Notes under the pieces: model-generated
Database searches by the model: none
What the model saw: the letters and a program-made list of their open reading frames with translations, nothing else
Told to the model about the DNA's origin: nothing
In this document: positions 10,451 through 19,212 of the stretch, piece by piece
How positions within the stretch are numbered: the first letter of the stretch is position 1
Layout: each line of letters opens with the position of its first letter
Position numbers and translations under genes: made by a program
Assembly (NCBI GenBank): GCA_039630485.1
Contig: JBCNUX010000008.1
Location: 1-58,857 of the forward strand
Direction of reading: 5' to 3'
Length of the DNA stretch: 58,857 bases
Source: Chlorobiota bacterium
Lineage (GTDB): Bacteria > Bacteroidota > Ignavibacteria > Kapaibacteriales > HRBIN21

Positions 10451-10965
10451 AGCCTCTGCTCCTTAGCCGCTGCGTGGTCTTGTCCCCGAGCTCTCCGCCA
10501 TACCAGCGCGAGCGCTGCCGTGGCCAGAAGTCCAAAGCTGAGTGGAATAGCAGCCTTGAACACGTATACTGCTGGTAGTCCTCCGGGGTTTGGTGAAGCT
10601 TCCCGGATGGCGAATGAGTACGCGACGAAATCGTACGATGCCCAGAGCACGACTCCGGTGAAGGGGAGGAGAAGGAGGAGAGTGCCGAAGATGTCAATCC
10701 GCCGTTGCCACACTTCAGGGAATCGGGCGTAGAGGACGTCTATTCGCACGTGTCCGCCAATACGTAGCGTTGGTGCCATAGCTAGGAGGAACGTCAGTGC
10801 GTAGAAGTACCACTGCAGCTCCTGCAGAGCCATAGCGCTCACGTTGAAGACGTACCGTGCTAAGACGTTCCCGAAGACCAAAAGGGTGAGCACCAAAACA
10901 CAGAGGGCAGCCACTGACTCAGCTCCACGCAGTACACGCTCGACTGCTTGGACCAGACGCTCCAT
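10447..10965 (-). CDS. dctQ: TRAP transporter small permease
   Basis: ARYVFN, ELQWY, GHVRIDVLY motifs. ATG 10965 has GGAGGA upstream; 4-nt overlap with dctM. Confidence 0.9.
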   Translation of the reverse strand: MERLVQAVERVLRGAESVAALCVLVLTLLVFGNVLARYVFNVSAMALQELQWYFYALTFLLAMAPTLRIGGHVRIDVLYARFPEVWQRRIDIFGTLLLLLPFTGVVLWASYDFVAYSFAIREASPNPGGLPAVYVFKAAIPLSFGLLATAALALVWRRARGQDHAAAKEQRL

Positions 10966-10997
10966 GCTGCTGTCCTCCAAGGGGTTGCGGAGCATTG

Positions 10998-11045
10998 CAA
11001 AATTACTCGGCGGCTTCCTGGGGGAGCTTGGCGGCCCTAATTTTG
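10998..11045. promoter_or_regulatory. Back-to-back TAATTTTG -7 elements for divergent dctQ and cyclase genes
   Basis: TAATTTTG on minus strand at 10998-11005 and on plus strand at 11038-11045, each about 30 nt before an ATG. Confidence 0.6.
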
Positions 11046-11072
11046 CTGAGGCTCGCATTGGGCAGGCTTCCG

Positions 11073-11831
11073 ATGCGGATATGGGTTGAACTGCCTGGGC
11101 GCCGAGTAGCTGTAGACCCGAACTCCCCGATAGAGCTAGCCTTTCCGATCATCCACGAAGCACAGGTCCCTCGGGCTTTTGGGCTCCAACAGCCACGGAT
11201 TGTGCCTGTTCTGCAAGGGAGCTTTGTAGGTTCAGTTGCTGCTGGTGGACCATGTAACTGCGATTATCTGCAGCTCATCCCCCATGGACACACAACTCAT
11301 ACTGAGTGCATCGGCCATATCACAGCAGAGCGTATCCCACTCTACCATTGCCTGCGCCGCTATCTCTTTTGGGCACAGTTGGTGACTGTACAGCCTCAGG
11401 TTCTTGATAATGGCGACCGGGTGATCACAGCAGCTCAGCTCCAGTCCGTGCTCGTGAGCCCGCTTCCGGAAGCACTGATTGTGCGAACGGTCGGTGTAGA
11501 CTCGAGAGGGCAGGACTTCTCAGGGACGAACCCTCCGTACTTCACTCCTGAGGCTGCTGAACTGTTAGCGCGCCACGGCATCCTCCACTTGCTGACCGAC
11601 TTGCCGTCCATAGATCGGGAAGAGGACGGCGGGGCGTTGTGGGCACACCGTGCCTTTTGGCAGTATCCTCATGCACCGAGAGTGGAGGCGACAATCACAG
11701 AGCTGCTCTCCATCCCACCCGCATTGCCCGACGGAGAGTACCTGCTCCAGTTCCAGATCCTCAACGTTGACAGCGATGCCAGTCCCAGCAAACCTGTCCT
11801 CTACGCCCCTCTGGAGGTTGTGAGCGGATGA
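11073..11831 (+). CDS. Cyclase family metal-dependent hydrolase (KynB-like)
   Basis: HGHTTHTECIGH metal motif, DLPSIDRE, ITELL, DASPSKP. Start moved to ATG 11073. Confidence 0.82.
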   Translation: MRIWVELPGRRVAVDPNSPIELAFPIIHEAQVPRAFGLQQPRIVPVLQGSFVGSVAAGGPCNCDYLQLIPHGHTTHTECIGHITAERIPLYHCLRRYLFWAQLVTVQPQVLDNGDRVITAAQLQSVLVSPLPEALIVRTVGVDSRGQDFSGTNPPYFTPEAAELLARHGILHLLTDLPSIDREEDGGALWAHRAFWQYPHAPRVEATITELLSIPPALPDGEYLLQFQILNVDSDASPSKPVLYAPLEVVSG

Positions 11832-11862
11832 GGGCTAAGCACCTCGTGTAGGAGCTTTTCTC

Positions 11863-11870
11863 TAAGTTTG
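11863..11870 (+). promoter_or_regulatory. TAnnTTTG element (TAAGTTTG) upstream of pyrG
   Basis: Exact consensus match in the intergenic gap. Confidence 0.45.
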
Positions 11871-11936
11871 GGCCGTGCTCGGTGTATTTCGCGGCAGCGA
11901 TATACCGGGGAAGGGTGGTCAGGTAGGGTGCATGCG

Positions 11937-13574
11937 ATGCCGGTCACGAAGTACATCTTCATCACGGGTGGTGTGCTTTCCTCGCTGGGCAAAGGAATTG
12001 CGACTGCGTCTCTAGGATTACTCCTGAAGCAACGCGGATTCAGCGTGACGGCTCTCAAGTTTGACCCTTATATCAACGTGGATCCCGGCACGATGAATCC
12101 CTACCAGCACGGAGAGGTCTACGTCACGGATGATGGCGCTGAGACCGACCTCGATCTGGGACACTATGAGCGCTTCATGGGCATTACGACCTCGCGGCTC
12201 AACAACACAACAGCGGGACAGGTCTACTACGAAGTCATCCAGCGTGAGCGCAAAGGCTACTACTTGGGCAAAACTGTCCAAGTCGTCCCGCACATCACTG
12301 ATGAAATCAAGCGCCGAATGACTATCTTCGATGGGCAGTACGACATCGTGCTCATCGAGATCGGCGGGACGGTTGGGGACATCGAGTCGTTACCGTTTCT
12401 CGAGGCTGCCCGTCAGCTCTGTCTGGAACGGGGAGCACAGAATACGCTCAACATGCACTTGACGTATGTGCCCTACATTCGTTCGGCCGGGGAGGTCAAG
12501 ACAAAGCCAACCCAGCATTCGGTCAAGGCGTTGATGGAAGCAGGGATCCGACCAGATATCCTCCTCTGCCGTACGGAGCAGCGGTTGGGCCGTGAGGTCC
12601 GCTCGAAGATCGCGCTCTTCTGTAACGTGGAGGAGGAGGCCGTCATTGAGGCCCTGGATGTGGAGACCATCTACGAAGTGCCGCAGCTCTTCAGTCGCCG
12701 GGGGCTTGACACGATCGTGCTGAGGAAGCTTGGACTCCAAGGGAGGCCCCTTCGGATGGAGTGGTGGAACAGCTTCGTACGACGCGTCAAGCATCCTCGC
12801 CATAGCGTTACGGTAGCCTTCGTAGGGAAGTACACCCAGTACTGGGACTCGTACAAGAGCATCCTGGAAGCGCTTGTCCATGCCGGTGCTGTCAGCAATA
12901 CCCGAGTCAACATCCGTTGGGTGAGCGCTGAGGAGCTGTTGCTCAACGGAACTATGGGGAATCCTCTGGCAGACGTTGATGGTATCCTGGTTGCTCCTGG
13001 ATTTGGGGTCCGCGGAGTAGAAGGCAAGATCGCGGCTGCGGGGTATGCTAGGCGGCATAACATTCCCTACTTCGGTATCTGCCTGGGGATGCAGTGTGCT
13101 GTTATCGAGTTTGCGCGTAACGTCTGCGGTTGGCCTGAAGCCCATTCAGCGGAATTTGCCCGAACAGAGTACAACGTCATTGACCTTCTGCCGGAACAGC
13201 GGAAGGTCAAACAAAAAGGGGGAACGATGCGCTTAGGAGCCTATCCGTGCATCATTCGTAAGGGGACAAAGGCATGGCAGGCGTACAAGCAGGAACTAGT
13301 GTACGAACGGCATCGGCATCGATACGAGGTCAATCCCGATTTCCTGCCGGCACTTCAGGAGCATGGACTTATCGTCAGCGGTAGCTCACCGGACGGGCGG
13401 CTCGTGGAGATCGTGGAGCTCGCCAATCATCGTTGGTTCGTCGGGGTACAGTTCCACCCAGAGTTCAAGTCACGCGTTCCCACCGGCCACCCGTTGTTCG
13501 TGGAGTTCGTTCGGGCAGCGTTGCGCTATCGTCAGGCGCGGCAAGGACTGGTGCCAGCGGCGGTAACTGGATGA
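11937..13574 (+). CDS. pyrG: CTP synthase
   Basis: [50 protein letters not shown]. Start moved to ATG 11937. Confidence 0.98.
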   Translation: MPVTKYIFITGGVLSSLGKGIATASLGLLLKQRGFSVTALKFDPYINVDPGTMNPYQHGEVYVTDDGAETDLDLGHYERFMGITTSRLNNTTAGQVYYEVIQRERKGYYLGKTVQVVPHITDEIKRRMTIFDGQYDIVLIEIGGTVGDIESLPFLEAARQLCLERGAQNTLNMHLTYVPYIRSAGEVKTKPTQHSVKALMEAGIRPDILLCRTEQRLGREVRSKIALFCNVEEEAVIEALDVETIYEVPQLFSRRGLDTIVLRKLGLQGRPLRMEWWNSFVRRVKHPRHSVTVAFVGKYTQYWDSYKSILEALVHAGAVSNTRVNIRWVSAEELLLNGTMGNPLADVDGILVAPGFGVRGVEGKIAAAGYARRHNIPYFGICLGMQCAVIEFARNVCGWPEAHSAEFARTEYNVIDLLPEQRKVKQKGGTMRLGAYPCIIRKGTKAWQAYKQELVYERHRHRYEVNPDFLPALQEHGLIVSGSSPDGRLVEIVELANHRWFVGVQFHPEFKSRVPTGHPLFVEFVRAALRYRQARQGLVPAAVTG

Positions 13575-14866
13575 CGCCCAGGACAGTAATCCTTGCGGAG
13601 CTGTCGGCTACCGCCATAGAGGAGTTCTTCCCATTCAGTAGTCTGCACTGTCTTTGGGAGCTCCGCTGGGGGCCCTTCCGGCTCTACGAGTGGTGGCAGC
13701 GCCTCTTTCCGATGGCTCGCGTTACCGTGGCCGTCCCGCCTGAGCGCGAACTATGGCGCCGCTCCTTCCTGGCAAGGACACCAGCAGTAAGCGAAGGCGG
13801 GGTTGTAGGGCCGATTCTGGTGGTGAATACACAACTTCTGCCGCTGCGCCGTACCTTCCATACTCTTGCTGGGATATGGCGAGACATGACTGCAGAGCAC
13901 AAAGTGTGGGCCGTTCTGACTAAGGGAGTGATAGCAGCGTTGTGGATAGACTCTCCAACGCTTCCAGACGAAGTAGTAGGGCTGGGGAAGGGGCGGTGGC
14001 TACCAGAGGCGGCGGAGTGGTGTCAACGGATACCGCACGTTGAGCAATCACTGCCACTGCTGCACTCACTATGGGGGCTCATTGCAACACTGCCGGAGGC
14101 ATTTGCCGAAGCGGAGTCCATGCTCCCTTTGGGAGTGGATCTGGAGCCGTGGCAACGGCGTGGGGTCTGGATTCTCGCTCCCGAACGGGTTGCCATTGCT
14201 CCCACGGCTGAACTTGCTCCTGGGGTTGTCATTGATGCACGAGGTGGGGCAGTCATCATAGAAGACAGGGTCGTCTGCCAGCCCCATGCAGTCCTGCTTG
14301 GACCGTGTAGCATCGGGCAGCATTCTCTACTCCGTGCCCACGTTACAATTGGCGCCTACACCGCCGTTGGAGAGCATTGCCGCCTTGGCGGAGAAGTTGC
14401 CCATAGTGTCTTCCACGGCTATGCCAATAAACAGCATGAGGGATTCGTCGGACATTCCTATCTCGGCGAGTGGGTAAACCTTGGGGCTGGTACGACGACG
14501 TCTAATTTGAAAAACACCTACGGCACTGTGCGGGTACGCTTGCCCGTCGGTGAACGGGATACCGGGATGCAGTTCCTCGGAACACTCTGCGGTGACCATA
14601 CGAAGACGGCAATAGGTACCTGCCTGCGGACAGGGGCTGTAGTGGGTGTCTGTACAAATGTCCTCTCGGGGGGAATGGGGGCTCGGCTAGTTCCCTCTTT
14701 CAGCTGGGGAGATGCTTGCCAGCCTCAGCCCTATGCCATCGAGAAGGCCCTCGAAGTGGCCCGTCGTGCGATGACACGTCGCCACAAGGAGCTTCTTCCG
14801 GAAGAAGCTGAACTCTTACATCGCGAATATGAGCGTTGGTGGAGTAGAACGGCTAAGGGGATGTAG
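13571..14866 (+). CDS. GlmU-related putative sugar nucleotidyltransferase/hexapeptide acyltransferase
   Basis: [33 protein letters not shown] and GDHTKTAIG left-handed beta-helix. ATG 13571 overlaps the pyrG stop. Confidence 0.8.
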   Translation: MTPRTVILAELSATAIEEFFPFSSLHCLWELRWGPFRLYEWWQRLFPMARVTVAVPPERELWRRSFLARTPAVSEGGVVGPILVVNTQLLPLRRTFHTLAGIWRDMTAEHKVWAVLTKGVIAALWIDSPTLPDEVVGLGKGRWLPEAAEWCQRIPHVEQSLPLLHSLWGLIATLPEAFAEAESMLPLGVDLEPWQRRGVWILAPERVAIAPTAELAPGVVIDARGGAVIIEDRVVCQPHAVLLGPCSIGQHSLLRAHVTIGAYTAVGEHCRLGGEVAHSVFHGYANKQHEGFVGHSYLGEWVNLGAGTTTSNLKNTYGTVRVRLPVGERDTGMQFLGTLCGDHTKTAIGTCLRTGAVVGVCTNVLSGGMGARLVPSFSWGDACQPQPYAIEKALEVARRAMTRRHKELLPEEAELLHREYERWWSRTAKGM

Positions 14867-14868
14867 CA

Positions 14869-16266
14869 ATGTTCTTCCGCCTGCTTTACGACGAGGCTCT
14901 GGCGCAAGCCTCCTACTTCGTGGGGTGTGAAGCCACAGGCGAAGCGTTAGTGGTGGATCCAACACGAGATGTAGACCGCTACCTGGAGTTAGCAGCACGG
15001 CATGGATTCCAGATTACGGCTGTTACCGAGACCCATATCCATGCTGACTTCCTGTCGGGTACTCGGGAGCTTGCAGAGCGGACTGGAGCGGCGGTCTATC
15101 TGTCTGGTGCGGGAACTCCAGACTGGCAGTACCGCTGGGCGACGAAAGAGGTAACACTGCTTCAGAACGGGGATGCCTTCCGTGTAGGGCGCTTGCTCAT
15201 TACCGCGCTCCACACCCCAGGGCATACGCCCGAGCATCTCTGCTTCGCTCTGACGGATCGAGGCGTAGGAGCAACTCATCCAGTGGGTATCTTCACGGGG
15301 GATTTCCTGTTCGTCGGGGATGTTGGGCGGCCGGACCTCTTGGAAAGCGCTGTTGGACAGCGCGGAGTGGCTCGGCAGTCGGCGGAGGTGCTCTTCGACT
15401 CACTTGCCATCTTGGAGACGCTGCCCGACTTCGTCCAAGTCTGGCCTGGACATGGTGCCGGTAGCGCCTGCGGCAAGGCGTTGGGAGCAATCCCGCAATC
15501 AACGATTGGCTACGAGCGCCGCTACAACCCGGCTTTGCAGATAACGGATCGTGCGCAGTTCGTTGAGTTCGTCCTCCAGGGGCAGCCTGACCCACCACTG
15601 TACTTTGCGCGGATGAAGCGCCTCAATCGGGACGGAGTGCCAATCCTTGGGGACTTGCCACGGCCACGGCGGCTGACGCTCCAAGAACTTCGTTCCCTAT
15701 TGCCGGAGGTCTGGATTGTTGATACCCGGCCATGGGGAGAGTTCCAGAAAGGGCATCTCGAGGGATCGATCTTCGCTCCGTTGGCGCGGGCCTTCCCGAC
15801 GGTGGTGGCATCGTACGTACCAGAAGATGCCCCAGTCGTCTTGATCCTTCCAGAGTCTCTCCTCCCGGAGGCCGTACGACAACTCGTGCGTGTCGGGGTG
15901 GACCGGATCGTGGGGTACGTTGAACCGCACCATCTTTCAGCAGCTGACGGCTTGCTGCAGTCGCTGCCTACCGTAACTGTGGACGAGCTGAGCTCGGTAC
16001 GGCCCGATTCCGTCGTGTTGGTGGACGTGCGCAACCACGACGAGTACGCAGCTGGGCATATCCCAGGCGCGCTCCACGCTCCCTATGCACGACTGCCCGA
16101 ACACTGGGATCAGTTGCCGAAGGACGCAGAGCTGGTAGTCTACTGCCAATCCGGCGAGCGTTCAGCGTATGCGGCTGCTTTACTACAGCGGTATGGCTTC
16201 CGGGTGCGCCAGTATGCTGGGGGATTCTGGGAATGGGTACTTTCAGGAGGACCCGTTGAGCGATGA
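14869..16266 (+). CDS. MBL-fold persulfide dioxygenase-rhodanese fusion (CstB-like)
   Basis: ETHIHADF, TPGHTPEH, GDVGRPDL, PGHGAGSACGK; Cys-less middle rhodanese; C-terminal GHIPGA and YCQSGERS. Confidence 0.88.
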   Translation: MFFRLLYDEALAQASYFVGCEATGEALVVDPTRDVDRYLELAARHGFQITAVTETHIHADFLSGTRELAERTGAAVYLSGAGTPDWQYRWATKEVTLLQNGDAFRVGRLLITALHTPGHTPEHLCFALTDRGVGATHPVGIFTGDFLFVGDVGRPDLLESAVGQRGVARQSAEVLFDSLAILETLPDFVQVWPGHGAGSACGKALGAIPQSTIGYERRYNPALQITDRAQFVEFVLQGQPDPPLYFARMKRLNRDGVPILGDLPRPRRLTLQELRSLLPEVWIVDTRPWGEFQKGHLEGSIFAPLARAFPTVVASYVPEDAPVVLILPESLLPEAVRQLVRVGVDRIVGYVEPHHLSAADGLLQSLPTVTVDELSSVRPDSVVLVDVRNHDEYAAGHIPGALHAPYARLPEHWDQLPKDAELVVYCQSGERSAYAAALLQRYGFRVRQYAGGFWEWVLSGGPVER

Positions 16267-17175
16267 GGGCAGACGCTCGGCGGCCCGGAGCCGTGCGCTC
16301 CGGCAGCGAGGGTTCTGCTGCACTTCTGCTGCTAATGGCCGTAAAGGCTTTGGGGTAAGGATGCGGAAGAGTGGCACGGAACTTGTTGATGTTTGCCGAA
16401 GGAAGTCTTTGACAATTCGGTCCTCCAGTGAGTGGTAGCTGAGCACGACTAGGCGTCCGTAGGGTGCCAGCAGTTTCGGTGCGCACTGAAGGGCATCCTG
16501 AAGGGCACTGAGCTCGTCATTGACGGCGATGCGGAGGGCCTGGAAGATACGGGCCAGCGACTTCAGGCGGTGGGGAGGTGGGACGACCTCCTCTACCACC
16601 GCCCGAAGATCCGCTGTGGTCCGTAGGGGCGCACTCCGCCGGCGTTGTACGATCCGGCGGGCGATCGCCCGGGCTCGAGGCTCTTCGCCGTAGCGGCGAA
16701 AGAGCGACGCGAGCTCTTCCTCCGATGCTGCTGCCAGCAGGGCTTCCGCTGTCTGGGGAGAGTCGGGGTTGAAGCGCATGTCTAAAGGCGCCAGCGCTCG
16801 GAAGGTGAAGCCCCGCTCGGGAGTGTCCACCTGATGCCACGACAACCCCAGGTCCAGCAGGAAGCCCTGCACCTTCCCCATTACATCGGTCAGTAACGTG
16901 CATGCGTCCCGGAAGTTCGCCCGCAGCAGGCGGAGGCGCCCCTCCTGGATTTCCTGCGCGAATCGCTGTTGGCAGTATGCCAATGCTTCTGGGTCCACAT
17001 CCATCCCAATCACGTACCCTGCCGATAGGCGCTCGAGTAGTGCTGCCGTATGTCCACCCCCGCCGATCGTTCCATCCACGTAGATGCCCTCTGGCGAGCG
17101 GAACCATAGCGCTACAACCTCCTGCAGCATTGCAGGTACGTGGTACGGTCCGTTGCCGGCAGACTGTAGCTTCAT
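16243..17175 (-). CDS. rsmH: 16S rRNA m4C1402 methyltransferase
   Basis: DGTIGGGGH, LDLGLS, PLDMR, FQALRIAVNDEL, SYHSLEDRIVK, NPR.RSARLR. Confidence 0.96.
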   Translation of the reverse strand: MKLQSAGNGPYHVPAMLQEVVALWFRSPEGIYVDGTIGGGGHTAALLERLSAGYVIGMDVDPEALAYCQQRFAQEIQEGRLRLLRANFRDACTLLTDVMGKVQGFLLDLGLSWHQVDTPERGFTFRALAPLDMRFNPDSPQTAEALLAAASEEELASLFRRYGEEPRARAIARRIVQRRRSAPLRTTADLRAVVEEVVPPPHRLKSLARIFQALRIAVNDELSALQDALQCAPKLLAPYGRLVVLSYHSLEDRIVKDFLRQTSTSSVPLFRILTPKPLRPLAAEVQQNPRCRSARLRAAERLPSSLNGSS

Positions 17176-17618
17176 GGAGAGCGCATAACATGCGCGGCAA
17201 CCTCTTCATAGGACCGGGCAAAGCTTACCAAGTAGCGCTCGAACTCCTCTGGGTTCCAGAACTCGATGTGGTCTACCACCCCGACAATGGTTACCTTGGA
17301 GTTGATCCCAGCGAACTCGAGATGGCGGCGGGGGAGCATAATGCGTTGCTGGGCATCTAGTTGCACCTCTTCGCTCCATGCCAGGATCATTCGGAGGAAG
17401 AACCTCTCTTGCTCATCGTACTGGTTGAGGCGGGCGAACCGCTCTTCATACTTTCGCCATTCGTCCAAGGGATAGGCTACAATGCAGCGGTCCACTCCGC
17501 GAGTGACAATGAACGTGTCTTGTGCCTCTGGAGAGAGGCTTCGACGCATCTTGGCCGGTAGGCTCACACGGCCCTTAGCATCTAGGGAGTGGGTCTCTTG
17601 TCCCTTGAAGAACGCCAC
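17172..17618 (-). CDS. mraZ: Division/cell wall cluster transcriptional repressor
   Basis: Two AbrB-like repeats, LDAKGRVSLP and LDAQQRIMLP; 4-nt overlap with rsmH. Confidence 0.95.
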   Translation of the reverse strand: MAFFKGQETHSLDAKGRVSLPAKMRRSLSPEAQDTFIVTRGVDRCIVAYPLDEWRKYEERFARLNQYDEQERFFLRMILAWSEEVQLDAQQRIMLPRRHLEFAGINSKVTIVGVVDHIEFWNPEEFERYLVSFARSYEEVAAHVMRSP

Positions 17619-17649
17619 GGTCTGCTACATGAAGTTGCTACGGACGCGC

Positions 17650-17676
17650 TGGGAGAATCTCCCACTTTCTCCCACT
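17650..17676 (-). promoter_or_regulatory. MraZ-binding direct repeats (AGTGGGAGA x2, 10-bp period) overlapping an inverted repeat
   Basis: Forward TCTCCCACT at 17658-17666 and 17668-17676; TGGGAGA-A-TCTCCCA at 17650-17664. Resembles known MraZ TGGG repeats. Confidence 0.7.
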
Positions 17677-17868
17677 ACCTTGTCTGCAAAAAAGGCGGAC
17701 GTGCTCCATCGCCCCTTGCTACTCTTGGTAGTAGGGGGACGGGGTAGGGCTATGAGCCTCAAAATGAGCGTTTTCTTGCAAAAATCGTGTATTTGGTATA
17801 CATCTATCGCCGTTATTGTGCGTTTACAGTTCAAGTCCTCCCGTGGCGGGCAGCATCAGGTAGAGTTC

Positions 17869-17918
17869 TACTGAACAGATTTTCAGTATCAGTGTGCCGG
17901 ACTGAATAGATTTTCACT
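17869..17918. promoter_or_regulatory. Two tandem palindromic operator-like boxes ACTGAA-N6-TTCA(G/C)T upstream of the lexA-like gene
   Basis: TACTGAACAGATTTTCAGTA at 17869-17888 and ACTGAATAGATTTTCACT at 17901-17918. Confidence 0.65.
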
Positions 17919-17951
17919 AGCTTTGTGGTCGCCGTACCAACTCAAAGGAAG

Positions 17952-18614
17952 ATGGTGGAGCGACGGGGAATCGGACTGAGCCGTCGGCAGCTCCAAGCTC
18001 TTCGCTGTATTGCTGAGAGTATCGCAGAGCGGGGATTCCCTCCAACCATTCAGGAGCTGTGCCACGCACTAGGATGTCGCTCTACCAATGCTGTGTACGG
18101 TCTCCTCAAGGCCTTGGAGGTGAAAGGATACCTCCGTCGCCTCGGTAGGGGACGCGCTCGAAGTCTGCAGCTAACGGAGAGAGCTCTTGGAGGAATAGGT
18201 CTGCGTTCTCAGAAGCACCACGGGCATGTAGTTCCGGTGCTGCGCTCTGGAGTAGTGTTGGATCCAGCTGAGGTGTTCCGGGCACCTGTTGGCTACCTAT
18301 TCTTGGATCCCCTTGTGTTCCCTGAGGAAGAGCTCTTCGCTCTTATCGTTCCAGATAGTGCTCTGCAAGGGGTCGGGATTCTGAGTGGTGATATCGTCAT
18401 CGCAGTCCGCTCTGGGGAACTGGTTCCTGGAGGACTCATCGTGGCTTGGGTCAGTAGTACCCTCTTGGTGCGGTTTTTACATCAGACTCCGCGTGGATGG
18501 GAACTGCGGGCTTCCGAGCGCTCTGTGCCACCGCTACGCTTCCATGCTTCTGATCAGGACGTCGTCGTCGTAGGGCAGGTCGTCGGCCTGTTGCGCCGCT
18601 TCGCTCAGAGCTGA
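17952..18614 (+). CDS. lexA: LexA-like repressor with degenerate S24 peptidase domain
   Basis: LSRRQ...GFPPTIQELCHALG.RSTNAV..LLKALEVKGYL winged HTH; S24-like GILSGDIVIA and VGQVVGLLR. ATG 17952 follows AAGGAAG. Confidence 0.8.
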   Translation: MVERRGIGLSRRQLQALRCIAESIAERGFPPTIQELCHALGCRSTNAVYGLLKALEVKGYLRRLGRGRARSLQLTERALGGIGLRSQKHHGHVVPVLRSGVVLDPAEVFRAPVGYLFLDPLVFPEEELFALIVPDSALQGVGILSGDIVIAVRSGELVPGGLIVAWVSSTLLVRFLHQTPRGWELRASERSVPPLRFHASDQDVVVVGQVVGLLRRFAQS

Positions 18615-18734
18615 AAACCGGCGGTTCGGATGGTGATGTAGGTCATGCCGGAAGGTTGGGGATTCTTGAGAATTTTGTCAAGAAAAGGGTTCCTCCTCTT
18701 GAGTGTTCAAGTCTCACAATCGCTTGAAACCCCA

Positions 18735-19208
18735 ATGCGCTGGCTTGGAGTACTCTTCATGCTGCTTCCGTTCGGATTGCTGGGCTGTGGCCCCGCGGAG
18801 AAGCCAGAACCATCTAAGGTGGAGGAAAGCACGGCGATGGAACAGGCTGCCAAAGTCCCGAGTGTTGCAGGTGTTCCCGCGGAGGTTGTGCAGCGCGGTA
18901 AGCAGATCTACGACTCGTACTGCAAGACATGCCATCAAGCGAACGGACAGGGGATCGCTGGCGTCTACCCTCCGCTGGCGAAGTCCGATTACCTGAACGA
19001 CAAGCGTAAGACTATCCACTCAGTAGTCTTCGGGCTGTCGGGGCCGATTGTAGTCAATGGGAAGCAGTACAATGGGGTTATGCCTGCGGCCCCGTACAAC
19101 GATCAAGACATCGCAGCAGTACTGACCTACGTGTACAACAGCTTTGGCAATCCGGGCGGCATTGTGACGCCTGAGGAAGTTGCGGCGGTCCGCAAGGCTG
19201 GGAAGTGA
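18735..19208 (+). CDS. Monoheme cytochrome c lipoprotein
   Basis: LLGC lipobox, CKTCH heme site, YPPLA, YNGVMP, IAAVLTYV.NSFGN. Confidence 0.9.
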   Translation: MRWLGVLFMLLPFGLLGCGPAEKPEPSKVEESTAMEQAAKVPSVAGVPAEVVQRGKQIYDSYCKTCHQANGQGIAGVYPPLAKSDYLNDKRKTIHSVVFGLSGPIVVNGKQYNGVMPAAPYNDQDIAAVLTYVYNSFGNPGGIVTPEEVAAVRKAGK

Positions 19209-19212
19209 GGGC

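Noticed and set aside
9699-10697. 332-aa alternative-frame ORF over dctQM
   Set aside because: Arg/Pro/Ser-rich shadow ORF overlapping well-supported genes, expected at high GC.
16517-17221. 234-aa alternative-frame ORF over rsmH
   Set aside because: Low-complexity shadow frame with no recognisable motifs.
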